Part shown: positions 1-9,653 of the stretch, one piece after another
Position numbering within the stretch: position 1 is the first letter of the stretch
Layout of the letters: each line of letters starts with the position of its first letter
NCBI GenBank assembly: GCA_963733035.1
Contig: CAVTBU010000006.1
Location: 384,001 to 448,000 of the forward strand
DNA from: Pirellulales bacterium
Lineage (GTDB): Bacteria; Planctomycetota; Planctomycetia; Pirellulales; PALSA-1355
Direction: 5' to 3'
DNA length: 64,000 nt
Notes under the pieces: model-generated
Told to the model about the DNA's origin: nothing
Database searches by the model: none
Seen by the model: the letters and a program-made list of their open reading frames with translations, nothing else
Translations under genes and position numbers: made by a program

Positions 1-944
1 CCGTCGATCCGCAACTTGGCGCGGTATTCTACACGCTTGATCAGAAACGTACCGATCAGCCTCGCTTGCTGCGGCAGACCGACAGCTGTTTGCTATGCCA
101 CAGTTCCTCGCGCACCGAGGGAGTTCCGGGTCACGTCGTCCGCTCCCTATTTGTTGATTCCGGCGGCCAGCCCATTCTCTCAGCCGGAAGCTATTCCGTG
201 GATCATACCACGCCGTTGGAACGACGCTGGGGTGGCTGGTATGTAACCGGCCGCCACGGCTCGCAGCAGCACCTTGGTAATCTCATCATTCGGGGCAGGG
301 ATGTGCCCCAGCCGGTGGAAAATGCGCCAGGCCAAAATCTCACGCAGTTAAGCGAACGAATCGATGTCGACAAGTATCTCTCCCCACACAGCGACATTGT
401 TGCTTTGATGGTGTTTGAGCATCAAACGCTGGTGCATAACCGGTTGACCATGGCCAATTTCGCCGCGCGACGGGCACTGCAATACGAACGCGAGATGAAC
501 CGCGCGTTCGGGGAGCCCGAGCAAAGACGCCTCGAAAGCACGATGCGCCGCGTCCAGAGCGCGGGCGATGACCTGGTCGAAGCCCTGCTACTGGTCGGCG
601 AAACCGAACTGACGGCGCCCATCCGGGGCACGTCGGACTATGCGGACAAGTTTTCTCAAGTGGGGCCTCGCGATTCACACGGCCGCTCATTGCGAGATCT
701 GGATCTGCAGCACCGGTTGTTCAAATATCCCTGCAGCTACTTGATCTACTCTCAGGCGTTCGATGAGCTGCCGCGCGAGATGCGCGACTATGTCTGGAAG
801 CGGCTGTGGGAGGTGCTTTCCAGCCATGAGGACATGGAACCCTTTACACGTCTCTCTCGAGACGACCGGCGAGCGATTGTTGAGATTCTTCGCGGTACGA
901 AACCGGAGCTACCGGAGTACTGGACCGAAGCAGAACGACACTGA
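1..944 (+). CDS. Partial (5' truncated) planctomycete-type protein with a single CxxCH c-type haem motif
   Basis: Frame open from position 3 (VDPQLGAVFYTLDQ...). CLLCH motif. Conserved-looking RWGGWYVTG and LFKYPCSYLIYS blocks. Confidence 0.65.
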   Translation, partial: VDPQLGAVFYTLDQKRTDQPRLLRQTDSCLLCHSSSRTEGVPGHVVRSLFVDSGGQPILSAGSYSVDHTTPLERRWGGWYVTGRHGSQQHLGNLIIRGRDVPQPVENAPGQNLTQLSERIDVDKYLSPHSDIVALMVFEHQTLVHNRLTMANFAARRALQYEREMNRAFGEPEQRRLESTMRRVQSAGDDLVEALLLVGETELTAPIRGTSDYADKFSQVGPRDSHGRSLRDLDLQHRLFKYPCSYLIYSQAFDELPREMRDYVWKRLWEVLSSHEDMEPFTRLSRDDRRAIVEILRGTKPELPEYWTEAERH

Positions 945-1018
945 ACGCGTTTCCCCACCCGCGTTGCAGAAATGAAGACACCCGAATTCAATCAGTCTTG
1001 GTATCCGCGAGGCCGCGC

Positions 1019-3241
1019 ATGAAGCGTTTATGGCTATTTTTTGCGTCGGTGGTGATTCCGTCGTTCGCCGTGCTTAGCTGGATCGGGACGCGCATCTACG
1101 ACGAGTCGCCACCAGTCGCCGATCAGGTCGTGACCACGGACGGCACCGTGGTGATTGGTCCAGGAGAGATCCAGGCCGGCCAAAACGTTTGGCAATCATT
1201 GGGCGGAATGGAAGTCGGTTCCATCTGGGGCCACGGTAGCTATGTCGCGCCGGACTGGACAGCGGATTGGCTGCACCGTGAAGCGATGTTCATCCTCAAC
1301 CATTGGGCCAAGGATGAATTCGGCACGGGCTACGAGCAACTCGACGAAGAGCGCCAAGCGCAACTGAGCGGTCGGCTGGAGCAGCAGCTGCGGGCCAACA
1401 CGTACGATCCCGACACGCGAACGATCACGATTGATCCGCTACGAGCAGATGCATTCCGAGCGAATTTCGCCCACTATTCCGATGTGTTTGCAAAAGGTGA
1501 GACCGCCTATGCGATTCCTGCCGGCGCCGTGACCGACGAGGCCCGCTTGCGCCAGTTGTCGGCGTTCTTCTTCTGGTCATCGTGGGCGGCGGCAACGAAT
1601 CGGCCAGGTGACCATATCAGCTACACAAACAATTGGCCTTACGAACCGTTGGTTGGAAACCAGCCAACGGGTGAAGCGGTGGTGTGGACCGGGGTCAGCA
1701 TCATCATGTTGCTGGCCGGTATTTCGGCAATGGCGTGGTGGTACGCGGCACGCAAGAGCGACGAAGGGGAGTCGACGGTCCCCGAGGCCGATCCTCTTGG
1801 AACCTGGGCCGCGACGCCTTCGCAACGGGCTACGGTCAAGTACTTTTGGGTCGTGGCGGCCTTGATTCTATTGCAGATGCTATTGGGTGTCGTCACCGCC
1901 CACTACGGCGTGGAAGGCGATGCATTTTACGGGTTCCCACTTTCTGAGTGGCTGCCCTATTCGGTCACACGTACCTGGCATGTTCAGTTGGGCCTTTTCT
2001 GGATTGCCACGGCCTGGCTGGCAGCGGGACTGTTCATCGGCCCGCTGGTTAGCGAACAGGAACCCAGCGGCCAACGCCTAGGGGTCAATGTGTTGTTTCT
2101 GGCGTTGTTGGTCGTGGTGGTAGGTTCACTCAGCGGTGAATGGCTGAGCATTCACAACAAGATGTCCGATGAGGTCTCATTTTATCTTGGTCATCAGGGT
2201 TATGAATATGTGGACCTGGGCCGCGTCTGGCAGTGCGCGCTCTTCGTCGGCCTGCTGTTGTGGTTGTTCCTGATGATTCGCGTGTTAAAGCCTGCCTTGC
2301 TGAAACAAGGGGAGCAAAGGCAACTCGTGGCTTTGCTTGCCGTGGCCACAACCGCGATCGCTCTGTTTTATGGTGCGGGCTTGACGTGGGGTCAGCACAC
2401 TCATCTATCCGAAGTTGAATACTGGCGATGGTGGGTTGTGCACCTGTGGGTGGAGGGATTCTTTGAGGTCTTCGCGACGACGGTAATCGCTTTTGTATTC
2501 ATGCGACTGAACCTGATTAGACCCGGTATTGCGGCCGCCGCTGCGCTCCTTTCGGCCACGATCTTTCTGTCGGGCGGAATCATTGGCACGTGCCATCATC
2601 TGTATTTTGCAGGAACTCCAAGTGTCGCGCTTGCCTGGGGATCGGTGTTCAGCGCGCTAGAAGTCGTCCCCTTGGTGCTTGTCGCCTTTGATGCGACCGA
2701 GGACTTGCGGCGATCGAGAAGGTCTCCTTGGGTTCAACGCTACAAGTGGCCCATCTATTTCTTCGTTGCCGTTGCCTTTTGGAACATGGTTGGCGCGGGC
2801 TTGCTCGGATTTATGATCAATCCGCCGATCGCCTTGTACTACATGCAGGGCCTCAATACGACGCCGCTGCACGGGCATGCCGCGCTGTTCGGCGTCTATG
2901 GGATGCTCGGAATTGGCTTGATGCTCCTCTGTCTGCGGGTCCTGATTCCGGGAGTCGAATGGAAGGACCGGATGCTGCGATTCTCCTTTTGGTCGTTGAA
3001 CGGTGGCCTGATGGCGATGTGCGTGTTGAGCCTGTTGCCGGTGGGCCTCATGCAAACCTGGGCGTCCGTGGACCAGGGGTACTGGTATGCCCGCAGCTCC
3101 GAATTCCTCCAGACGCCCCTGATGCAAAACCTGCGCTGGATGCGGGTTCCGGGCGATACCCTGTTCTTTCTCGGCGCAGTGGCGCTAGTGCTCTTTGTGG
3201 CTGGGCTCAAAACGGGTCATTCGTTTAGGAGGACCGAATAA
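1019..3241 (+). CDS. norB: Quinol-dependent nitric oxide reductase (qNOR, single subunit)
   Basis: GSIWGHGSYVAPDWTADWLHRE N-domain. HLWVEGFFE, TCHHLYF, SALEVVP and PLHGHAA metal/haem ligands. Many TM helices. ATG at 1019. Confidence 0.95.
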   Translation: MKRLWLFFASVVIPSFAVLSWIGTRIYDESPPVADQVVTTDGTVVIGPGEIQAGQNVWQSLGGMEVGSIWGHGSYVAPDWTADWLHREAMFILNHWAKDEFGTGYEQLDEERQAQLSGRLEQQLRANTYDPDTRTITIDPLRADAFRANFAHYSDVFAKGETAYAIPAGAVTDEARLRQLSAFFFWSSWAAATNRPGDHISYTNNWPYEPLVGNQPTGEAVVWTGVSIIMLLAGISAMAWWYAARKSDEGESTVPEADPLGTWAATPSQRATVKYFWVVAALILLQMLLGVVTAHYGVEGDAFYGFPLSEWLPYSVTRTWHVQLGLFWIATAWLAAGLFIGPLVSEQEPSGQRLGVNVLFLALLVVVVGSLSGEWLSIHNKMSDEVSFYLGHQGYEYVDLGRVWQCALFVGLLLWLFLMIRVLKPALLKQGEQRQLVALLAVATTAIALFYGAGLTWGQHTHLSEVEYWRWWVVHLWVEGFFEVFATTVIAFVFMRLNLIRPGIAAAAALLSATIFLSGGIIGTCHHLYFAGTPSVALAWGSVFSALEVVPLVLVAFDATEDLRRSRRSPWVQRYKWPIYFFVAVAFWNMVGAGLLGFMINPPIALYYMQGLNTTPLHGHAALFGVYGMLGIGLMLLCLRVLIPGVEWKDRMLRFSFWSLNGGLMAMCVLSLLPVGLMQTWASVDQGYWYARSSEFLQTPLMQNLRWMRVPGDTLFFLGAVALVLFVAGLKTGHSFRRTE

Positions 3242-3585
3242 TGGCGATTCATCACGCCAAATCAGGCGAAGTAGTTACTTTGACGCTCGGGGCTGCACTC
3301 ACAGGGAGCGAGACGACCACGCTGGTCAAGACAGCCGACCTCGAGGTTTTGCGGCTCGTGGTTCCTGCCGGTAAGGAAATCGCAATGCACAAGGCCCCGG
3401 GCCCGATCACCGTGCAGTGTCTGGAGGGACGCGTTTCGTTCACGGCCCACGGAAAGAGCCAGCAACTCGAAGCTGGGCAATTCCTTTACCTGTCCGCAGG
3501 CGAACCACACGCCCTCACCGCAATCGAAGATGCGTCGCTGCTGGTGACCATTCTTCTCTCTCCCAAGGTGGCGTCGGGAAACTGA
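3241..3585 (+). CDS. Cupin-domain protein
   Basis: HKAPGPITVQCLEGRV...GEPHAL cupin motifs. TAATG stop/start overlap with qNOR. Confidence 0.85.
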   Translation: MAIHHAKSGEVVTLTLGAALTGSETTTLVKTADLEVLRLVVPAGKEIAMHKAPGPITVQCLEGRVSFTAHGKSQQLEAGQFLYLSAGEPHALTAIEDASLLVTILLSPKVASGN

Positions 3586-3614
3586 GCATCCAGGGCCACG
3601 TTTCGGAATCGAAA

Positions 3615-4589
3615 CTATTTCTCTACCACCCAGATATTGCGATAACGGACTGGATTGCCGTGGTCCTGCAAATAGATCGGTCCGGGCTCGGGACCTTCGG
3701 CGACCGGGGCAGCCCTGGTGGCGTTGGGCAACTCGACGTCCTCTTGGATCAGCTGCCCGTTATGCCGCACAGTGATCTTGGCGTCTTTCACCTTCTTGCC
3801 GTCGTGGTACTCGGCCGCGGTGTAGTCGATATCGTACGTCTGCCAGGACAGTGGCGGAAAGCACATATTTGTGTCTGGCGCCTTGATGCCGTAGATGCCG
3901 CCGCACTCGTTGTCCTCTCCCTTGAGGCCAAACGAATCTAGCATCTGCACTTCGTAGCGGCCTTGCAAGTAACAACCGCTGTTGCCGCGCTGTTGTTCGC
4001 GCGACTCGGGCATGAACGGCAACTGAAACTCGACGTGCAACTGACAGCTGCCAAACTTCTGCTTACTCGTAACACCGGCGGCCAGCGTCTTGTCATTGTT
4101 GAGTTTGCCTCCTTCAAACGCGTCGGCGCTCGAGCCATCGAACAGCACCACGGCTCCCTCCGGCGGTTTTTCGCCGAGTGTCGGGCTCTTGCGTTCGATC
4201 TTTTTTAACTCGGCCAATTCTTCGCCGCCCGGCCCGATGACCTTGAGTACGCCGTCCTTCAATTCACCGCGTCCTTGGTCCGACCCGAACACGACCCTGC
4301 CGTCCTCCAATTCGCCGTCGACTTCGAACTTTCCTTCACCCAGCCAACCGTCGCCGGGCAGCCCGCCTGGATAAGCCACCGCGTGGAACTTCCCCTTGCC
4401 AAGTGCGATTACTTGGACGCCCATCGAAATCATCTCGCCGCCCGGGTCATGAATCTCCCCCTTGTACTCGCCCTGTAGTTTAAAGTCGGGGTCGTCGGGT
4501 CCGGAAACCTTTTCGCCGGCTGCGCGGGCTGTTTGGGAAAAAAGAAGCAAGCCGCCCAGGGCCGCCAGGGTGAACAGCGGGTGCCGCAT
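3615..4589 (-). CDS. Secreted DUF1080 (3-keto-disaccharide hydrolase-like) protein
   Basis: Signal peptide MRHPLFTLAALGG. LHVEF, RGNSGCY, YEVQMLDS, GPIYLQDHGNPVRYRNIWV motifs. Confidence 0.9.
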   Translation of the reverse strand: MRHPLFTLAALGGLLLFSQTARAAGEKVSGPDDPDFKLQGEYKGEIHDPGGEMISMGVQVIALGKGKFHAVAYPGGLPGDGWLGEGKFEVDGELEDGRVVFGSDQGRGELKDGVLKVIGPGGEELAELKKIERKSPTLGEKPPEGAVVLFDGSSADAFEGGKLNNDKTLAAGVTSKQKFGSCQLHVEFQLPFMPESREQQRGNSGCYLQGRYEVQMLDSFGLKGEDNECGGIYGIKAPDTNMCFPPLSWQTYDIDYTAAEYHDGKKVKDAKITVRHNGQLIQEDVELPNATRAAPVAEGPEPGPIYLQDHGNPVRYRNIWVVEK

Positions 4590-4784
4590 GGTAGGGAGAT
4601 CTCCGCCTAACAGAATGAGTTTTGGCAGCTGGGCTGCACGTCGGAGCCCATTTTCAATAGCCGCCGTGCCGGCCGCAAGTGCCCGAGACGTGCATTCGGG
4701 CGGAAAACGGGGTAGGATTTTTCGAGCAACCGAGCCTGTATTTCCAATCAGCCACAAGACTTTATCCGCAGGAGTTCATCATCC

Positions 4785-6191
4785 ATGTCCTACCGAGAAA
4801 CGATTCGGCTGGGTTTCACAGTGGCGTTTACGTTGGGGGCGATCGCGTCGACGCAAGCGGCCGTCGAACCACACGCGCTATTCTCCGACAACGCTGTGTT
4901 GCAACAGAAAGCCAAAGTGCCCGTATGGGGGACCACCGATGAATCGGCCCCGGTTACGGTAAGCCTTGCCGGCCAAGAAGCGACCGCCACACCCCAGAAC
5001 GGCAAATGGCAGGTTGAACTCCAGCCGCTGGCCGCCGGTGGACCGCATGTGTTGACGATTTCTCAGGGCGACAGCAAAGTGGAGCGAAAGAACATCCTGG
5101 TTGGCGAGGTCTGGTTGTGCGGTGGTCAATCCAATATGCAATGGCCCCTAGACAAGACCGATGAAGGCGAAGAGGCCATTGCTTCGTCGGCCAATGATCA
5201 ATTGCGGCTAATCACAATTCCGCGAGAACGCGAATCGCATCCGCGCGAGAATGTGAACGCAAATTGGGTCGTTTCAGGTCCAGAGACGACCCCCGGCTTT
5301 TCCGCGGTCGGCTATTATTTCGGCCGCGACTTACAGAAGAAGCTCGGCGTGCCGGTGGGATTGATTTCGTCGAATGTTGGCGGCACCGCGGCCGAGGAAT
5401 GGATCAGCGGAAAGGAGTTGGCGGCTAACACGGAGCTCGAAGGCACCTTTACACCCAAGGGCGGATCGAGCCAGCTTTACAACGCCATGATCGCACCGCT
5501 GGCCCCCTATGCCATCGAGGGTGCCATCTGGTACCAGGGAGAATCGAACGCCGGCCGCGCGTATCACTATCGCAAGCTGCTGCCCGCCATGATCAAGAGT
5601 TGGCGCGATACGTTTCACAATCCCAAGATGCCGTTTCTAATCGTTCAGATTGCCCCCTACGACAAGGAACGCGCCTATTCCCCCGACACGGTCTGGGCCG
5701 AAATCCGCGATGCCCAGTGGCACATTGCCAACGAAGATCCAAGAACGGCTCTCATCGTCACGATCGACGTGGGCGATGAACAGGACATCCATCCGCGCAA
5801 CAAGGGTCCAGTCGGCGCACGGCTGGCCATGGCGGCTCGCGGCATCGCCTATGGCGAAGACATCGAGTATTCCGGCCCAATTTACGATCAGGTCAAGGTC
5901 GAAGGCGACAAAGTTCGTCTATCGTTCAAGCATCTCGGTGGCGGGCTCGTGGCCAAGGACGGACCGCTCAAGGGCTTTACCGTGGCTGGCAAAGACCAAA
6001 AATTCCATCCTGCCAAGGCCGAAATTGACGGCGAATCGATTGTCGTTTGGAGCGATGATGTGGCGCATCCTGAAGCGGTGCGTTACGCTTGGCTGGCCTT
6101 CCCCGAAGGCAACTTGTGGAATAAGGCCGGCCTGCCAGCTTCGCCGTTCCGTACGGATGCGTTCCCGATCACGACACAAAATAACAAGTAA
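4785..6191 (+). CDS. Sialate O-acetylesterase family (SGNH/DUF303) carbohydrate esterase
   Basis: Signal peptide. GEVWLCGGQSNM, WYQGESN, DIHP and LPASPFRTD motifs. Confidence 0.9.
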   Translation: MSYRETIRLGFTVAFTLGAIASTQAAVEPHALFSDNAVLQQKAKVPVWGTTDESAPVTVSLAGQEATATPQNGKWQVELQPLAAGGPHVLTISQGDSKVERKNILVGEVWLCGGQSNMQWPLDKTDEGEEAIASSANDQLRLITIPRERESHPRENVNANWVVSGPETTPGFSAVGYYFGRDLQKKLGVPVGLISSNVGGTAAEEWISGKELAANTELEGTFTPKGGSSQLYNAMIAPLAPYAIEGAIWYQGESNAGRAYHYRKLLPAMIKSWRDTFHNPKMPFLIVQIAPYDKERAYSPDTVWAEIRDAQWHIANEDPRTALIVTIDVGDEQDIHPRNKGPVGARLAMAARGIAYGEDIEYSGPIYDQVKVEGDKVRLSFKHLGGGLVAKDGPLKGFTVAGKDQKFHPAKAEIDGESIVVWSDDVAHPEAVRYAWLAFPEGNLWNKAGLPASPFRTDAFPITTQNNK

Positions 6192-6231
6192 CGCCTTGGC
6201 TTGACGGTATGTTGACGGAATCAACCTTCGC

Positions 6232-7038
6232 TTAGCGGAAGTTCAACCACAAGTCATCGACGTCCTTGCGCAGCGAAACGACTTCGTTGCGCAGGGACTC
6301 GACTTGTGCCTTGAGTTCCTCCACGGTTTCGCGTACAGCATCGTCGGCATGTTTTTCCGCGCCTACGCGGGCCGCATGCAATTCTGCGGCTGGCGATGTA
6401 GGTGTCAAATGTCGTGCATGCGCGGATGATGCCTCGGGTGAGCTCGAGCGGTGCGCCACCGGTTCGCTTGTCGGCGATTGGCCACCGAACTCGCGGTGCA
6501 ACTTTTCCATCTCGCGAGGCTGATAGAGATTGTGCGTGACCACATGGCCGCGACCGGTGGGAGTGAGCGAGACGACGAGCCCCTTGGCGTGCAGCGATTG
6601 CAGGATCGGCCGTAGCGCGTTCACGTCGGCCAGCGGCTCCATGCGGGCCGCTCGTCCCCGTAGTTCGCCCTCGGTTTGCGCTCCACGCAGCAGGAGTTCG
6701 GCCATGACGGCCAACTCCGCTTTGTCGACTCCCAGCCACTCGTACATGTAGTGGCGAAACCGCGGTACGCGTCCGCCGCCTTGCACTTCGGCCGCGGCAC
6801 CATATTCACGCAGCCGCTCAAGCGACTCCTCAACGTCTTCGGGCTCAACTTCCATCAACGGGAAGCGATTGTTCTTCTGGTTACAGCCTGTGCGGAGCGC
6901 ATTGAGCGAGAGCGGGTAAGCCTCGGGCGTTGTCTTGGACTTTTCGACCAGCACGCCTACGACGCGGCGATCGATTGCTTCGAGAGGCCGCCATTTGCGT
7001 GCGGTGGATTCCGAGACGTCAGGAGCCGATTCCGACAT
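6232..7038 (-). CDS. DUF480 (YceH-like) protein
   Basis: LVEKSKTTPEAYPLSLNAL...CNQK and LLLRGAQTEGELR motifs. C-terminal coiled coil. Confidence 0.9.
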   Translation of the reverse strand: MSESAPDVSESTARKWRPLEAIDRRVVGVLVEKSKTTPEAYPLSLNALRTGCNQKNNRFPLMEVEPEDVEESLERLREYGAAAEVQGGGRVPRFRHYMYEWLGVDKAELAVMAELLLRGAQTEGELRGRAARMEPLADVNALRPILQSLHAKGLVVSLTPTGRGHVVTHNLYQPREMEKLHREFGGQSPTSEPVAHRSSSPEASSAHARHLTPTSPAAELHAARVGAEKHADDAVRETVEELKAQVESLRNEVVSLRKDVDDLWLNFR

Positions 7039-7295
7039 GGCCGATTCTCCGCGTTGAGGATGGTATTGCGTGCAAAGCGGCCGCCGTGCCGCCTGGGAGC
7101 CGCCCAACTTGCGGCAATGTATGTTGCCATGCCGGGGGACACAACCCGCCGTTGCCAAACGTATAGCGTGCCAGAACCGCGGATGTAAAGTTCGGCAGCC
7201 GTAGCCGCAAATTGCCTTGCGTGCTACAAAGCTTACACGTGGCCGGGCCGTTCCGAGCAAAATGTCGGCGGCAGTCCAACAGGAAAGGCAGCCCG

Positions 7296-7844
7296 ATGCA
7301 TCCCAGCTCGAATCCGCGTCGCATTTTGATGTTCGTTGACGACGTCTACGAGGATCTTGAACTCTGGTACCCCAAGCTACGACTTGAGGAGGCCGGCTTC
7401 CGGGTAACCGTGGCGGGGCCGCATGCGGGACAGCGGTACTCAGGTAAACATGGCTATCCCTGCTGGTCTGACGCGGCCATCAGCGAGACGCAAGCTGGCA
7501 ATTTCGACGGCGTGGTGATTCCCGGTGGCTTCATGCCCGACAAGCTACGCCGCGACGCACAAGTGTTGAGCCTGGTGCGCGAAATCGCGGCTGCTGGTAA
7601 GTTGGTGGCTGCCATCTGTCACGGCGGGTGGATCGCCATATCGGCGGGAGTTTACCGCGGCGTGCGGGTCACTGGTTCGTTGGGGATCAAGGATGACTTG
7701 GTAAACGCCGGCGCCATTTGGGAAGATGCCGCGGTCGTAGTCGATCGCAACTTTATTTCCAGTCGCAAACCTGACGATTTGCCGGACTTTTGCCGTGCCA
7801 TTTTGGCGGTGCTGGATGCCGCTCCGAACTCGGGAGGAATGTAG
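7296..7844 (+). CDS. PfpI/DJ-1 family type-1 glutamine amidotransferase-like protein
   Basis: YEDLELWYP, IPGGFMPDKLR, AICHG nucleophile, SRKPDDLP. Confidence 0.92.
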   Translation: MHPSSNPRRILMFVDDVYEDLELWYPKLRLEEAGFRVTVAGPHAGQRYSGKHGYPCWSDAAISETQAGNFDGVVIPGGFMPDKLRRDAQVLSLVREIAAAGKLVAAICHGGWIAISAGVYRGVRVTGSLGIKDDLVNAGAIWEDAAVVVDRNFISSRKPDDLPDFCRAILAVLDAAPNSGGM

Positions 7845-7850
7845 GCAAAC

Positions 7851-8917
7851 GTGAACACGGATCTGATCGTCAGCGTGCTGGGCCTGTTGTCTGTGCCCCT
7901 ACTGGTCCTGCTTAACGCGTTCTTTGTAGCCGCCGAGTTTGCTCTCGTTGCGGTGCGTCGCACACGCGTCGACGAGATGGTCAATCATCGCCGCGTGGGA
8001 GCCGTTGCCGTTCGCGCCGCGATTGACCGACTCGACGATGCCATTGCCGCCACGCAACTCGGCATTACGCTGGCCAGCCTGGCCTTGGGTTGGGTTGGCG
8101 AGCCGATGGTCGCCAGGTTGATCGAACCTGCGTTTGTTTTTCTGCCTGAGGACAACGCCTGGATTGCGGCCCATACAGTCGCCACGGTTTCGGCCTTCGC
8201 GGCGATTACATTCCTGCACGTGATCCTGGGTGAACTGGCTCCCAAGGCCGTCGCCTTGCAGCGGCCGGACACGGTCAGCTTGTGGGTCGCTCAACCGCTG
8301 CTCTGGTTTTCGAGGATTGCCCGGCCATTCATCGTGCTCATGAACGGCGCCGGGAATCTCGTGGTGCGGCTGTTGGGATTTCATCCCATCAGCGGACACG
8401 AAATGGTGCATTCGATGGAAGAGGTGGCGTTAATTATCGAAGAATCGCGGCGCGCCGGCGTGCTGCCGCGTGATCAGGCTGAGTACGTCCACAACGTGTT
8501 CCGGCTACCCGCCAAAAAAGTGCGAGACTGCCTCGTGCCGCTGGAAAAGATGGCCGCCTTGGAACTGCACATGCCCGAGAAGAACATTCTTGAGCAGGTG
8601 CGCGCGGCGCTCACACACGGATGCCGGTTTACGAGGGCGACCCGGACAACATCGTGGGCATCGTGAACACGAAGGACTTGTTTCATCTGTTCAGCTTGCG
8701 GGGCATGGTCGTGCTGGACGACGCGATGTATCCGCCGATTTTCGTCGATCCAGACCGCCCTATCTCCGAAGTCCTGCGGCAGTTTCGCCGGCAGCGTCGC
8801 CCGATGGCGGTTGTCCGCGGCGAAGAGGGGAAGACGCTGGGCTTAATCACGCTCGAAGACATCGTCGAGGAGATCGTCGGCGAGATCGAAGACGAGCACG
8901 ACCCGCTACCTCGCTAG
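7851..8917 (+). CDS. HlyC/CorC (DUF21-CBS) membrane protein, frameshifted near 8605
   Basis: LLNAFFVAAEFALV, TQLGITLASL, GELAPK in ORF 7851..8666. CBS pair (HTRMPVY, GLITLEDIVEEIVGEIEDE) in ORF 8621..8917. Confidence 0.88.
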
Positions 8918-8979
8918 CCCTCCGTTGGCGTCTCTACCCGCACGATCGGCATAAATTCGCTCGGTGCATGCATAGGGAC

Positions 8980-8996
8980 TGCACATCGACTGTGCG
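8980..8996. promoter_or_regulatory. Candidate enhancer-binding-protein site (NtrC-like GCAC-N7-GTGC)
   Basis: TGCACATCGACTGTGCG, about 135-150 bp upstream of a sigma-54 -24/-12 element. Confidence 0.4.
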
Positions 8997-9129
8997 CCAG
9001 GTAGGCACTGTATTCGCGAGAGCGAGTCAGAGAGTTCTACTTGGACCGTAAACGACTTTTTCTAAGTTGATTGTGGGTAACAGACTATGTGCGGTGCCGC
9101 GCCGTAGCGCAAGGCGTTTTTCCAAATCC

Positions 9130-9145
9130 TGGCATGCACCTTGCT
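9130..9145 (+). promoter_or_regulatory. Sigma-54 (RpoN) -24/-12 promoter
   Basis: TGGCATGCACCTTGCT against consensus TGGCACG-N4-TTGCW: one mismatch, exact spacing, intergenic. Confidence 0.75.
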
Positions 9146-9156
9146 AAACACGTGAA

Positions 9157-9641
9157 TCACACTCGCAAGGGACGCGAGTCGAACGAAGTGGTGAATGGAA
9201 GACCCAAACGTGAAGCGAGCCCGCCGCCCGCGGCCGCCGCAAAAGTGGCAGCAACTGCGCCGGTTGCCGCTTTGGCAGCGGCTGCGGCGGCAACCTCGCG
9301 ATAACGCAACGAAATTCAAAGCGTGGAGCTGGAACGTCACGTTAAACGTGAGATGGGATTCGTGGAAGCTAACCATTTCGCACAATTGCGTGACGCTCTG
9401 GATGGATGATGGTTGGTTGGCTACTCCTGGTTCGCCTCGGTTCGGCTGCCTTACCGCAGTCGAACCGAGGTACCAGGGAGTGCCGGCTCATGGCGAATCG
9501 CTGATGCCAGCGCACGCCGCCCGCGCAAGTTCAATCCTGCCACACCTGCGCAGGATCTCTGGTTTCCGCCTAACCAGAGAGACGCCCCACGCGACTTGAG
9601 CGGGTTGATTCGTCGGCCCGCTCAGGTCGGGGTGGCGCGTC
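9157..9641 (+). ncRNA. Candidate structured non-coding RNA (or small-peptide transcript) downstream of the sigma-54 promoter
   Basis: Consecutive hairpins at 9161-9179, 9233-9291 (G-U rich), 9423-9481, 9534-9556, 9556-9580 and 9581-9641. No convincing long ORF. Confidence 0.4.
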
Positions 9642-9653
9642 GATTCTTCCTAG

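Noticed and set aside
1019..3241. Possible NO dismutase (Nod) rather than qNOR
   Set aside because: The quinol-site His/Glu (AHYGVE), both FeB His (TCHH) and the Glu in SALEVVP are all canonical. Nod-type substitutions are absent.
9157..9641. Identification as tmRNA, RNase P RNA or a classic CsrB
   Set aside because: No tRNA-like ends or GAGGAAAGUCC motif. About 10 GGA in ~410 nt is close to what base composition predicts, so the CsrB label is unsupported.
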